From NCBI GenBank assembly GCA_020381345.1, contig GCA_020381345.1_3636.1: DNA of 64,000 nucleotides; one strand, 5' to 3'. Positions 49,203 to 57,462 of this stretch are shown in pieces (the stretch's first letter is position 1; each line of letters opens with the position of its first letter). The position numbers and the translations under genes were made by a program. The notes below the pieces were generated by a model. It was not told where the DNA came from. It ran no database searches and was given only the letters and a program-made list of their open reading frames with translations. The stretch is from a phage.

Positions 49203-49478
49203 AAATAACATTGTGGCTTCATAGAGTAATCTATGTCGAATAACCTCTTTAACTGCGGGAAGCCTAAACCTTATGGCAAGGTAATCCGCAACGAAGCGCT
49301 CAAAAGAGCGAACGCTCAGAGGCCATTCCGAAAGGAAGTAGACCAGCAAGTGCGGTCGAAATGGGAGGATTCCTGTGGTTGCTTATCATAGGAATATGAG
49401 ATGGTCCGATCCTACGTGAAAACGTATGGCTATGCACGTAATGGTGCGGGGTAGCTTAACGACCTACCTGAACTATTG
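49203..49478 (+). ncRNA. group I self-splicing intron (no ORF) interrupting DNA polymerase motif C
   Basis: P-like AACTGCGGGAAG (49251), Q-like AATCCGCAAC (49283), R-like GCTCAGAGGCC (49314) in canonical order; P/Q complementary; upstream exon ends in T, intron ends in G; three in-frame stops; joining exons restores ..YYHDEYQLQV (H-D-E motif C). Confidence 0.6.
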
Positions 49479-49832
49479 GATGAGTACCAACTTCAGGTCC
49501 CTGACACACCTAAGTATAAGACTGTGTACACCTTCGACACAATTGAAGAACTGGAAGCATTTAAGGCAGAGCAGGAAGCCAAACTTCATGTGTTCGACGG
49601 TCATAAGTACAAAAAGGCACGCAAGGATGAAAACGGAAACGAGGTGGTTGACAGAGACGGAAACACGGTGTACGATCCTATCCTGAACGATGACGGAAAG
49701 CTTGAACTTATCTGGAGCCCTGTGGGCGAGATGGTGGTACATTGCTTCTGGCAAGCTTCTAAAATGATGGGAGTCCCGTTCCAGATCACAGGTGAATACT
49801 TGTGTGGTCGTAACTGGGGTGATTGTCACTAA
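49479..49832 (+). CDS. DNA polymerase, family A, exon 2 (C-terminal segment)
   Basis: Same frame as exon 1; begins GAT GAG (D-E of HDE); C-terminus ..CGRNWGDCH resembles T7 pol C-terminus ..GPNWAICH. Confidence 0.6.
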   Translation, partial: DEYQLQVPDTPKYKTVYTFDTIEELEAFKAEQEAKLHVFDGHKYKKARKDENGNEVVDRDGNTVYDPILNDDGKLELIWSPVGEMVVHCFWQASKMMGVPFQITGEYLCGRNWGDCH

Positions 49833-49881
49833 TGTAAACTATCAGCACAGGGAGGTGCTGTTGAGCAAAGAGGAGACTTTT

Positions 49882-50166
49882 ATGGTAGTAGAGCCAACAA
49901 AAACATTTACATCCATGACCATTCCTGTTATTATGCAGGTGGAGTGTGTTCAGGTATCTCAAGTGTGGCCTGGCACCAAAATCCCAACAGGGCCTGATTT
50001 CTTTCAGGTTGGGAAAGTGTACAATGTCTGGAAGGCACCAGATTGTTACCCTTTCATTAAAGATGACCGTGGGATGCTGTGGTATCTTGGAAATGACTTG
50101 ACACTGCACCTTGGGAATGCTATTATTGCAGTATTCAGACTTAACAAGAAGGAGACCGATCAATGA
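49882..50166 (+). CDS. small protein, member of tandem paralog family (KDD.G..W motif)
   Basis: AAGAGGAG RBS; motif FFQVGKVYNV ... PFIKDDRGMLWYL. Confidence 0.4.
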   Translation: MVVEPTKTFTSMTIPVIMQVECVQVSQVWPGTKIPTGPDFFQVGKVYNVWKAPDCYPFIKDDRGMLWYLGNDLTLHLGNAIIAVFRLNKKETDQ

Positions 50167-50390
50167 CAACTTTGGTTAAAGCTACTTTTGTAGAAGAAAA
50201 GATGACAGACCTGTCCTTCTTTAAAGAAGGAAAGACCTACGAGGTTTATTACGATAAAAATCGTGCAAACAAGATGATTAAAGACGAGGAAGGGATTGCC
50301 TGGTTTATCTCCCATCTGGCAAACGGTGAGTATCATATCTACGGAACCGCCCTGCTTGCCAAGTTTGTAGCTGTTGAAGAGGGCCTATGA
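50163..50390 (+). CDS. small protein, paralog family member
   Basis: AAGGAGA RBS; FFKEGKTYEV ... MIKDEEGIAWFI. Confidence 0.4.
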   Translation: MTTLVKATFVEEKMTDLSFFKEGKTYEVYYDKNRANKMIKDEEGIAWFISHLANGEYHIYGTALLAKFVAVEEGL

Positions 50391-50581
50391 AAGTAAAGTA
50401 TCTGGCTGAGGGTATGAGTAGGTATTTCACCCTTGGTGAAGAATATTGGCCCTTTACAAGCAACGGCGATGTCTACGTGAAAGATAATTTCGGCACGCCG
50501 TGGTTTCTGCACTCTAATGGGTTGGGATATTCCATTTACTGCGGTGCAGTGAACAACACAACTCTTGCAGAGTTCGTTTAG
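50387..50581 (+). CDS. small protein, paralog family member
   Basis: FTLGEEYWPF ... YVKDNFGTPWFL. Confidence 0.35.
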   Translation: MKVKYLAEGMSRYFTLGEEYWPFTSNGDVYVKDNFGTPWFLHSNGLGYSIYCGAVNNTTLAEFV

Positions 50582-50591
50582 AGGAGGTAGG

Positions 50592-50963
50592 ATGTTAGTA
50601 AAAGGTACCCACACAGTCAAACAACGTATCGAAGTTGAGATCGATGACTGCGAGCTGAAGCATATTTTACGGTCATGTTCTAACGTTTTGCTACTCAGTA
50701 TTCTCCAGGAGCGAGCGGAGAACGAGTTCTTAAATGCATTGGCAGGCCGTCCTGGTGACTTCTGCGTGCGTAAACGTGAAGGTCATAAGTCATGGTTGTG
50801 GGAAATCGATGCCGACTGGGATTACCACAAAAATGAGGGTATAGATGAGCCTATTCGTGAACTGACGGACAAAGAGATTCAGATGTACAATGAAGTTTGT
50901 CATTGGGCAACACGCCAACAAATTTACCTCGACCCTGTGTGGCTGATTGAAAATAGCCATTGA
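50592..50963 (+). CDS. hypothetical protein
   Basis: GAGGAGG RBS before ATG 50592. Confidence 0.4.
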   Translation: MLVKGTHTVKQRIEVEIDDCELKHILRSCSNVLLLSILQERAENEFLNALAGRPGDFCVRKREGHKSWLWEIDADWDYHKNEGIDEPIRELTDKEIQMYNEVCHWATRQQIYLDPVWLIENSH

Positions 50964-50988
50964 CAAGAAGTAAGATTAGATATAAGAT
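50960..50988 (+). promoter_or_regulatory. sigma70-like promoter
   Basis: TTGACA-17-TAAGAT upstream of 51040. Confidence 0.35.
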
Positions 50989-51039
50989 GCTTCACACAAA
51001 CAGAGCGTTGATTTTTAAATAACTAAGGAGACTGCCAAG

Positions 51040-51294
51040 ATGAAAATTACTTTGAAGCCAGAATGCGTTGCAAATGACCGAGCTTTTAAAGATTGCACAG
51101 TCGGTGCAATTTATGAAGCAGAGTTTTGTGAGAACCCTCTGGTAAAAGCCCTTCTGGAAGAAGGGGCCCCTTTATCACAAGAAGAGATCGATGAGCTGGA
51201 AAACTCAGCACAGTGCCTTACCTTTAAAGATGATGAAGGAGACTCTGTCTGGTGCACTGTTAATGAAGTCGTTTTTGTAAAACCTGAACATTAA
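51040..51294 (+). CDS. small protein, paralog of 51358..51630
   Basis: AAGGAGA RBS; KPECVANDRAFKDCTVGAIYEA ... TFKDDEGDSVWCTV. Confidence 0.45.
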   Translation: MKITLKPECVANDRAFKDCTVGAIYEAEFCENPLVKALLEEGAPLSQEEIDELENSAQCLTFKDDEGDSVWCTVNEVVFVKPEH

Positions 51295-51297
51295 TAC

Positions 51298-51335
51298 TTG
51301 ACAACAGCGATAGGACCTAATACAATGGTCCTATC
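51298..51335 (+). promoter_or_regulatory. sigma70-like promoter with overlapping 9-bp-arm palindrome (operator-like)
   Basis: TTGACA-17-TACAAT; inverted repeat GATAGGACC / GGTCCTATC flanks the -10. Confidence 0.45.
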
Positions 51336-51357
51336 AAAACGAAAGGGGACCACAACA

Positions 51358-51630
51358 ATGACCAAACAATACCAACGAATTAAAGCCAAGGTTAAGCCAG
51401 ACTATCTGGAGAAGGACTCTGCTTTTCGGGACTGCACAGCTGACAAAGTTTACACAGGGGCCGTCCTGTTGAACGATGAACTTGAAGTATATATTCTTGG
51501 TAAAGAGGCCACTATTAAGGACGACCAAGGCGATTATGTTTGCTGCACCACACGGGAGCTAGAAATCTTAGAATACTTCGGTGAAATCTTCACCTCTCTT
51601 GATGATTACTTAGATGACGAGGAAGCGTAA
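51358..51630 (+). CDS. small protein, paralog of 51040..51294
   Basis: KPDYLEKDSAFRDCTADKVYTGA ... TIKDDQGDYVCCTT; promoter TTGACA-17-TACAAT with palindrome upstream. Confidence 0.45.
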   Translation: MTKQYQRIKAKVKPDYLEKDSAFRDCTADKVYTGAVLLNDELEVYILGKEATIKDDQGDYVCCTTRELEILEYFGEIFTSLDDYLDDEEA

Positions 51631-52019
51631 TGAAAAATATTTGGGATATTGATATCTTTGAAGCCTCTAAGCTTGACGGTGCTGATGGAGTGATTATGGT
51701 GTCTGATGGCAAGGCAACACTAACTTCCGGAGATATCATCTATGCCTTGGACGAGCTGGCGCTTCTGAAGTCTACCGGTAACACTCTAGAGGAGCGTCTT
51801 CAAGGCTTCGCCTTCAAAGAAGGCACAAATACCGCCATGATGTGCACCACACGGACAGTTCAGGTGGGTAACGGTGTCTATATGATCATTGCTGTGTGTC
51901 CTAAATTCAGCAACGTCAACAAAGATGATACTGACGCTGTCAACGATGTGGTTGTTCTCTTCGTTGGTGACGCTATGGCAGATCTGATGAATGCAGGAGA
52001 GGCAGCAAATGAAGACTGA
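51630..52019 (+). CDS. hypothetical protein
   Basis: GAGGAAG RBS; 129 aa. Confidence 0.4.
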   Translation: MKNIWDIDIFEASKLDGADGVIMVSDGKATLTSGDIIYALDELALLKSTGNTLEERLQGFAFKEGTNTAMMCTTRTVQVGNGVYMIIAVCPKFSNVNKDDTDAVNDVVVLFVGDAMADLMNAGEAANED

Positions 52020-52311
52020 AAACATCACCCCCGCAGGGTTCTTAAAAGTATACCGTGAACTGCTATACACTACAGAGGACAGTATTCTAGAGTATCCAGA
52101 GTATCTTTTGCTGTATAAGTATCTGCAGGAGGCTGGTGAAAATCTGCCAGTTAGTGCAGAAGGTGGTCCGAACTGGATATACAGCGCATGGAGAAAGGTT
52201 GACATTCTCCCAGACCCAGGTAAAGATATGGTAGTTTGGCAGCTTATCAACAACATCGGGATTCCAATCTTTGATGAAGCTGTTAAAATCTATTTTGAAC
52301 TTGACGATTAA
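52009..52311 (+). CDS. hypothetical protein
   Basis: GGAG RBS before ATG 52009. Confidence 0.35.
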   Translation: MKTENITPAGFLKVYRELLYTTEDSILEYPEYLLLYKYLQEAGENLPVSAEGGPNWIYSAWRKVDILPDPGKDMVVWQLINNIGIPIFDEAVKIYFELDD

Positions 52312-52328
52312 TATCAGGAGACCTTAAG

Positions 52329-52574
52329 ATGGCTGAAGTAGTTGCTCGCGCAGGACAGAAAGTACGTTGTGTGGAAGTAGGTTTTGGTGGCAAAGGGTGT
52401 CAAAACTTGACTCAAGGTAAGGAATACGCTGTTATTTCTGGTGGTGGCGACGAGAGTATTGTGTTCGAGGGCCACATCCTGGATGCTGAAAACTTTGAAA
52501 TCTTTGACGACGATGGAGATCCGATCACCTGCCTGCTGGACGGGAATTGGGGAACTTTCGAAGTGATTGGCTAA
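52329..52574 (+). CDS. small protein, paralog family member
   Basis: CAGGAGA RBS; LTQGKEYAVI ... IFDDDGDPITCLL. Confidence 0.4.
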   Translation: MAEVVARAGQKVRCVEVGFGGKGCQNLTQGKEYAVISGGGDESIVFEGHILDAENFEIFDDDGDPITCLLDGNWGTFEVIG

Positions 52575-52657
52575 CAAATACCTATTGTAATTTACAGAAG
52601 GGGATGCTAAAATAGTGTCTCCTTTTATGTTGTTCAAATAAAATCGGAGATTCCATA

Positions 52658-53023
52658 ATGGAACAAATGAACGATCAAGCGTCGGTTGCGATGAACGAGC
52701 AAGAACAACCTCAAGAATTTTTCTTAGGGTTAAGTAAAGATCAAGTGTCTCTTCTGCTAGTGCTTTCTTCTTTCATGGGAAGACTTCAGGAGCTCACACA
52801 ACAGCCAGAGGCTGAACAATTATTCCAAGCTTTGCGTGAAGAAGAAAAATATCGTCGTTTGGACTATGCCTTAGGTTGGGTAGCTCAACAACGGGATATG
52901 CTGATGGCCCTCTCTGGGACCACAAGTTTTGCAATGGGCCTGTTGGCTCAAGTTCAGGACAAATTAATTCAAGCAGGGTTCGCACACACGGCAAGCACTA
53001 ACGAAGAACAAGGAGACAAATAA
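52658..53023 (+). CDS. hypothetical protein
   Basis: GGAGA RBS; 121 aa. Confidence 0.4.
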   Translation: MEQMNDQASVAMNEQEQPQEFFLGLSKDQVSLLLVLSSFMGRLQELTQQPEAEQLFQALREEEKYRRLDYALGWVAQQRDMLMALSGTTSFAMGLLAQVQDKLIQAGFAHTASTNEEQGDK

Positions 53024-54249
53024 TGAGCGTTATTCAACAATTCGCTAACCCAATGAATCCGCGTGAAACTGTTTTACTAGCTCACGGCATGATTAAACGT
53101 GTTAGCATCAAGCCTATTAAAGGTGCTGATCCTACAACAGGTATTAAAACCACTGTGTGGCAAGGTAAGAAAATTGAATCCAGCCACACCATCTCTTTAC
53201 TGATTTCTGAACTGGATTCCTCTGATAACCTGCTTCAAGGTGGTGAAGAAGTCTGGATCAGCATGGGTGATAAGCTGCTTAAACCAGGTCATCAAGACTC
53301 TGTCTCTGTTAAGATTGATGACAAGTGGGAAACCGTAACGCCAGGATGGATCGTAAATATCCCTTTGAAGGCAAACGAGCATAACGGTAAGACCTATTAC
53401 AAGGGCTCACTGGCTAAGATGGTTAAGCTGGGTGCAGGAGAGGCTCCAGCAGCGACTCAGCAGCAAAAACAGCAACAAGGTGCACAATCACAAGGCCAGA
53501 AGCAGAAACCTCAGCAGAATGCCAATCAGGACGTTTTACGCATCTATGGTGATGTGACTCAGATTGTTGGCAACGTGGTTACTGTTAATGACCACAAGAT
53601 TGGCGAAGGTGCTATGGTTGTAACTGATGAGCAGCTTAAAGACCTGGTGGTAGGTGGTCGTGTTGCAGCCATTGTTGACAAAGACACCGGAAACATTATC
53701 AGTGGTTTCAAGGCCTATCCCCCTAAGGCAGAGAACGGCACTCAAGGATCTGGTGGCAAGCGTAAATCCTCTTACGACCCTATCGGTGTGGAAACGGGGC
53801 ATAGCATCAATGCGTTGCAGATCATCCTGGATCGCGGGTTTAAGGTAGACGACCCACTGGGCGTGGCTAAAACACTGCACGTAGTCACCATTGAGCTTAA
53901 GAAAGAGTATGCTCAAGCCACCAACCGAACTGAAGATGAAGTAGGTGCCAGTGTCGGTAATGCGGTGTTGAACGCTTGTCGCCGTATTGACAAGAAAACG
54001 AAAGTTGATGATTTTGCAGCGGCAATTACTGCAGAAGCAAAAGATGTCTTGACTAATCTGGCTGAACCGTTGTACGATTGGATCAAGAACGGTGCTGGGT
54101 CAACCGACCATCAAGAACCTCAGGCTGCCAAACAGGAAGCAGCTCCACAGCAAAACACTGTAGACGCTCCTCCTGTAAATGATGCGGAAGATGACCCAAT
54201 GGATCAGAATCCAGCACAGTACGCCTTTGATGATGACATCCCTTTTTAA
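53023..54249 (+). CDS. ssb: single-stranded DNA-binding protein with acidic C-terminal tip
   Basis: C-terminus ...AQYAFDDDIPF matches the canonical SSB tail (DDDIPF); Gln/Gly-rich linker; AAGGAGA RBS. Confidence 0.6.
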   Translation: MSVIQQFANPMNPRETVLLAHGMIKRVSIKPIKGADPTTGIKTTVWQGKKIESSHTISLLISELDSSDNLLQGGEEVWISMGDKLLKPGHQDSVSVKIDDKWETVTPGWIVNIPLKANEHNGKTYYKGSLAKMVKLGAGEAPAATQQQKQQQGAQSQGQKQKPQQNANQDVLRIYGDVTQIVGNVVTVNDHKIGEGAMVVTDEQLKDLVVGGRVAAIVDKDTGNIISGFKAYPPKAENGTQGSGGKRKSSYDPIGVETGHSINALQIILDRGFKVDDPLGVAKTLHVVTIELKKEYAQATNRTEDEVGASVGNAVLNACRRIDKKTKVDDFAAAITAEAKDVLTNLAEPLYDWIKNGAGSTDHQEPQAAKQEAAPQQNTVDAPPVNDAEDDPMDQNPAQYAFDDDIPF

Positions 54250-54264
54250 CAATTAGTTAACATA

Positions 54265-54292
54265 GCCCTGCCCGAAAGGGTGGGGCATTTTT
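54265..54292 (+). terminator. rho-independent terminator (repeated element, copy 2)
   Basis: GCCCTGCCCGAAAGGGTGGGGC then ATTTTTG, after SSB gene. Confidence 0.55.
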
Positions 54293-54311
54293 GTATAAGG
54301 AGATCTGAAAA

Positions 54312-54728
54312 ATGACATTAGAAGATATCATTGTTAAACCTGAGAACTATGACCAATACAACCTGTCAACTCAATCTGTAGACCTCGGATGCGCCACAGT
54401 CAGTGCATGGCTGGTTAACGGAAAAGAGCTTGACGAGTGCCTGGAAGCACACATGTCGGTGAATAAATTTCTTGATGAAAATACCCACTGGCTAGAGGGT
54501 GCAGGAGTATATGCTTCATGGTTGGAGAGTATGGGATTCGACTACCAATCTGAAGAGGGGTGGTGGAGCTATTTAGCTATCTGCCCAGAGACGCTGCAAT
54601 GCTTCATGAAATATTCTGAAGATTTGGAGTACCGGGCGGTGGTTGATAGTGCCATTGCCCGTTATAGCCGTAAACCTTTTTCCCACGACATTAAAACTGT
54701 GGAAGAATTTGTTGAAGTTTTCTGTTGA
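54312..54728 (+). CDS. hypothetical protein
   Basis: AAGGAGA RBS; 138 aa. Confidence 0.4.
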   Translation: MTLEDIIVKPENYDQYNLSTQSVDLGCATVSAWLVNGKELDECLEAHMSVNKFLDENTHWLEGAGVYASWLESMGFDYQSEEGWWSYLAICPETLQCFMKYSEDLEYRAVVDSAIARYSRKPFSHDIKTVEEFVEVFC

Positions 54729-54824
54729 CACAGGTTGAAAGGTGTGCAATTATAACTTCATATAACGGGAGGACGCGATGAACGAAGAAAACTGGGATGT
54801 ATAACTAACAGGAGGCCACTGCCC

Positions 54825-55022
54825 ATGATTTATCGAATCCGTGTAAGAGAAGATGCACCAGGCTGTTACTTTGACTGGCGTGGGTGGTGGTTTCTCCACC
54901 CAATGGATGGACTCACAGATAGAATGCTGGATGCTGCCCTTTACACAGATACCGACATAGAATATAATCTCTATCTGAAGGACGGTATAGATAACGGCCT
55001 GTTTGAAGCAATTCCTGTGTAA
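54825..55022 (+). CDS. hypothetical protein
   Basis: AGGAGG RBS; preceded by an 8-codon mini-ORF with its own RBS. Confidence 0.35.
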   Translation: MIYRIRVREDAPGCYFDWRGWWFLHPMDGLTDRMLDAALYTDTDIEYNLYLKDGIDNGLFEAIPV

Positions 55023-55090
55023 GAGACTGTGATAACTATGTTTTATGATCTTCCTGTAGCGCCACCACCTGTTGAACCCGGAGAACTAAG

Positions 55091-55516
55091 ATGATCTATG
55101 AAATGCCAAAACTGATTCGTGACGATGCCCAAAACGCTCACACCATTATTATGGGCAAACGCATGGATATTATTTGTCATAAAGATTTCTGGGAAGGAAG
55201 TTACTTCACAGAGTATTTTGGTAAACTGGACAATGGTCTGCTGATCCAGTTCTACACCGATGCGGAAAACAATATCTGCTGGGAGTTCGAAACTGAAGAT
55301 ATCCATAAACTTTTCACCTTCCTCGGTATTAAGGTTGAGGCCAAGTTTGAAGAAGGTGAGTGCGACGATTGTGGATTCTACGAGGTAACAGATTTCTACC
55401 TCCCGAGCGGTGAGAACCTTTACTATGAAAGCCACTTCGGTAACTCCAATATGCCACAGTGCTGGACTGAGTTTTTTGAAATTGCGGAAGAGGAGCTGGC
55501 ATACCGTGATTATTGA
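55091..55516 (+). CDS. hypothetical protein
   Basis: GGAGA RBS; 141 aa. Confidence 0.4.
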   Translation: MIYEMPKLIRDDAQNAHTIIMGKRMDIICHKDFWEGSYFTEYFGKLDNGLLIQFYTDAENNICWEFETEDIHKLFTFLGIKVEAKFEEGECDDCGFYEVTDFYLPSGENLYYESHFGNSNMPQCWTEFFEIAEEELAYRDY

Positions 55517-55964
55517 TACTGTAGGGGGAGATCTAATCTCTCTTTTCAAGAAAGGGTCGGGCCACATGATCCACGGTTGTAACTGCTTTCACACAATGGG
55601 TGCAGGCATAGCGAAAGACATTGCCCGTGAGTTCCCTCAAGCACTGGCAGCCGACAAAGAGACTGCTTATGGTAATCTAGACAAGCTGGGTATGTTTTCT
55701 TGTTGGGAGCATTTTGCCAAGAACAGGGTCGTATATGGAATCAACCTGTATACCCAGTTCTACCCAGGGCCCAATGCTGAATACTTCTCAATCATGAAAG
55801 GTTTTGAGCGAGTCAACGAGGTATTCAAAGGTGTGTCATTGCCGTTCTACATTCCTAAAATCGGATGCGGTATTGGCGGTCTAAAGTGGGAACATGTAGA
55901 AGATGTAATTAATCTTGCAACCACAGATATTGATGTGGTTGTAGTAGAGTACAAAAAGTGTTGA
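55506..55964 (+). CDS. macro domain (ADP-ribose binding/hydrolase-like) protein
   Basis: VIIDTVGGDLIS...HMIHGCNCFHTMGAGIAKDI...IPKIGCGIGG resemble macro-domain N-terminal strand, Gly-rich loop and C-terminal loop; GTG start overlapping upstream stop proposed (an upstream in-frame ATG at 55410 would overlap the previous gene extensively). Confidence 0.5.
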   Translation: MIIDTVGGDLISLFKKGSGHMIHGCNCFHTMGAGIAKDIAREFPQALAADKETAYGNLDKLGMFSCWEHFAKNRVVYGINLYTQFYPGPNAEYFSIMKGFERVNEVFKGVSLPFYIPKIGCGIGGLKWEHVEDVINLATTDIDVVVVEYKKC

Positions 55965-56018
55965 CGACCATCTTCTGAGGTGATATAGTCTCCACAACAA
56001 CTAAGAGAGGAGAGCACT

Positions 56019-56189
56019 GTGGAGACTAAAATCTTAATTCTTGCTGTGGTAGATACAACCGAAGGAGCTATATTCGAATCTGCAGGAGGGTATTTCTACC
56101 TACCATACGGAAAAAGAACTTCCGAGCCAAGTAAAGATTCAATCCGCAAAGTGTTCCCGTGTGCTTTCTGGCTGGAGATTTTGGTATAA
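56019..56189 (+). CDS. small hypothetical protein (56 aa, below track threshold)
   Basis: GTG start 7 nt after GAGGAG. Confidence 0.25.
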   Translation: METKILILAVVDTTEGAIFESAGGYFYLPYGKRTSEPSKDSIRKVFPCAFWLEILV

Positions 56190-56215
56190 GATTGCAGAGG
56201 ATTTGGGAGAGAATT

Positions 56216-56410
56216 ATGAGAAACAAGAAAGAGCTTTACTCTGGTGAGTGGATCAACGATCAACAGGTGGGAGAGGTAACCTGCTTCCGATGTTTTACCA
56301 GGTACAATCTTAAAACTGCACCAAAAAGTGTTCCAAAGACTGATGGTTATTACATAAAAGAACCTTATTGCCCAAAATGTAAATGCCGATTATACTGGAG
56401 TAACCTGTAA
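56216..56410 (+). CDS. small zinc-ribbon protein
   Basis: GGGAGAG RBS; CFRC ... CPKCKC. Confidence 0.4.
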   Translation: MRNKKELYSGEWINDQQVGEVTCFRCFTRYNLKTAPKSVPKTDGYYIKEPYCPKCKCRLYWSNL

Positions 56411-56473
56411 AAGATTGACATCTGAAAACTGCAGTGTATAATATATGCATAAACTAACAGAGAGTGATGTATT

Positions 56474-56665
56474 ATGGTAATTTTTAACCGGGATGGTATC
56501 ATAGTTAGACAGCACCCGTTCCTTGAATACTATCAAATTGAGCAATGGTGCTACGGGGATTGCAGTCACTCCTATGGGCAAAGTTGGGGATATCGTACAG
56601 TTTTTGAATCCACAGACCTTGACAAAGTAAGACAGAAAGTTTTAGAACTTATTAACAACAAGTGA
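56474..56665 (+). CDS. hypothetical protein
   Basis: 63 aa ORF. Confidence 0.35.
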   Translation: MVIFNRDGIIVRQHPFLEYYQIEQWCYGDCSHSYGQSWGYRTVFESTDLDKVRQKVLELINNK

Positions 56666-56672
56666 GTATGAT

Positions 56673-57005
56673 ATGGTAACATTAGAAAGACGTAAAGCTA
56701 TCGCCGCCACACTGGCAGACATCTTTTGGGAGTGCAATTTAAAAGATACTAGATATTGTGGCGCATCTGTAGATGCATTGTTCCCACGGCCTACTATTGT
56801 TGCAATGGGCAACCTGCTCGATGTGGTATATGGAGCATGGGACAAGGAAGGTGGATTCTATATCTGGCAACCTGACTACGGGACTTGGAAAGAGGTTAGT
56901 GGTTCTTCGGACTTCACTCCTGCAGTGGCTAAAATGGATGGCTGGAAAATCTATGTCGGTAACGACATGGAACTGAAAGGCGAAATTGTTTACTGGTTAC
57001 CTTAA
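56673..57005 (+). CDS. hypothetical protein
   Basis: 110 aa ORF. Confidence 0.4.
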   Translation: MVTLERRKAIAATLADIFWECNLKDTRYCGASVDALFPRPTIVAMGNLLDVVYGAWDKEGGFYIWQPDYGTWKEVSGSSDFTPAVAKMDGWKIYVGNDMELKGEIVYWLP

Positions 57006-57026
57006 GAAAGTCCAGGAGATAAAGTT

Positions 57027-57272
57027 ATGAACAAAGGGTGGACATTTGTAGACGGCGTTAAAAACATGCCTCTAGGAAAGTATATTGTAGCCATGGCAGA
57101 TGAGAATGGCAATGTGGATTTCGGAGCTTGCGAGGTTGTTCTTGCAGGATCTGGTAACTATGTGGACAAAACCGGGATAATTAACGGTCAGTTCTACTTT
57201 GATCACAACCCTGTTGTAGCGTATATGGCTATGCCAGAGTTCAAGTTCCCAAAGGAGGGTGCAGATGTTTAA
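57027..57272 (+). CDS. hypothetical protein
   Basis: CAGGAGA RBS. Confidence 0.4.
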   Translation: MNKGWTFVDGVKNMPLGKYIVAMADENGNVDFGACEVVLAGSGNYVDKTGIINGQFYFDHNPVVAYMAMPEFKFPKEGADV

Positions 57273-57462
57273 GCTTAAATCTGCATGGAACATCGCTGTG
57301 GGGGACGAGATCCGTATCCCAGGTGGAAAGACCATTATGAAGATATCTCGTATCGAGTACGAAGGTGATCGTGTATTTCATATCTTTGCAGAGGATGGTC
57401 GAGAAATTTATATACAGGCAGGCTCTCACATCTATATTCGTAAGAAAGGGGACGACAAATGA
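57259..57462 (+). CDS. hypothetical protein
   Basis: AAGGAGGG RBS. Confidence 0.35.
   Translation: MQMFKLKSAWNIAVGDEIRIPGGKTIMKISRIEYEGDRVFHIFAEDGREIYIQAGSHIYIRKKGDDK

Noticed and set aside
49209-49478. Intein in the DNA polymerase, or short ORFs within the gap (49230..49391, track ORF 49426..49686)
   Set aside because: The polymerase frame has three in-frame stops across the gap, excluding an intein; gap ORFs lack RBS and the region carries group I intron P/Q/R elements instead.
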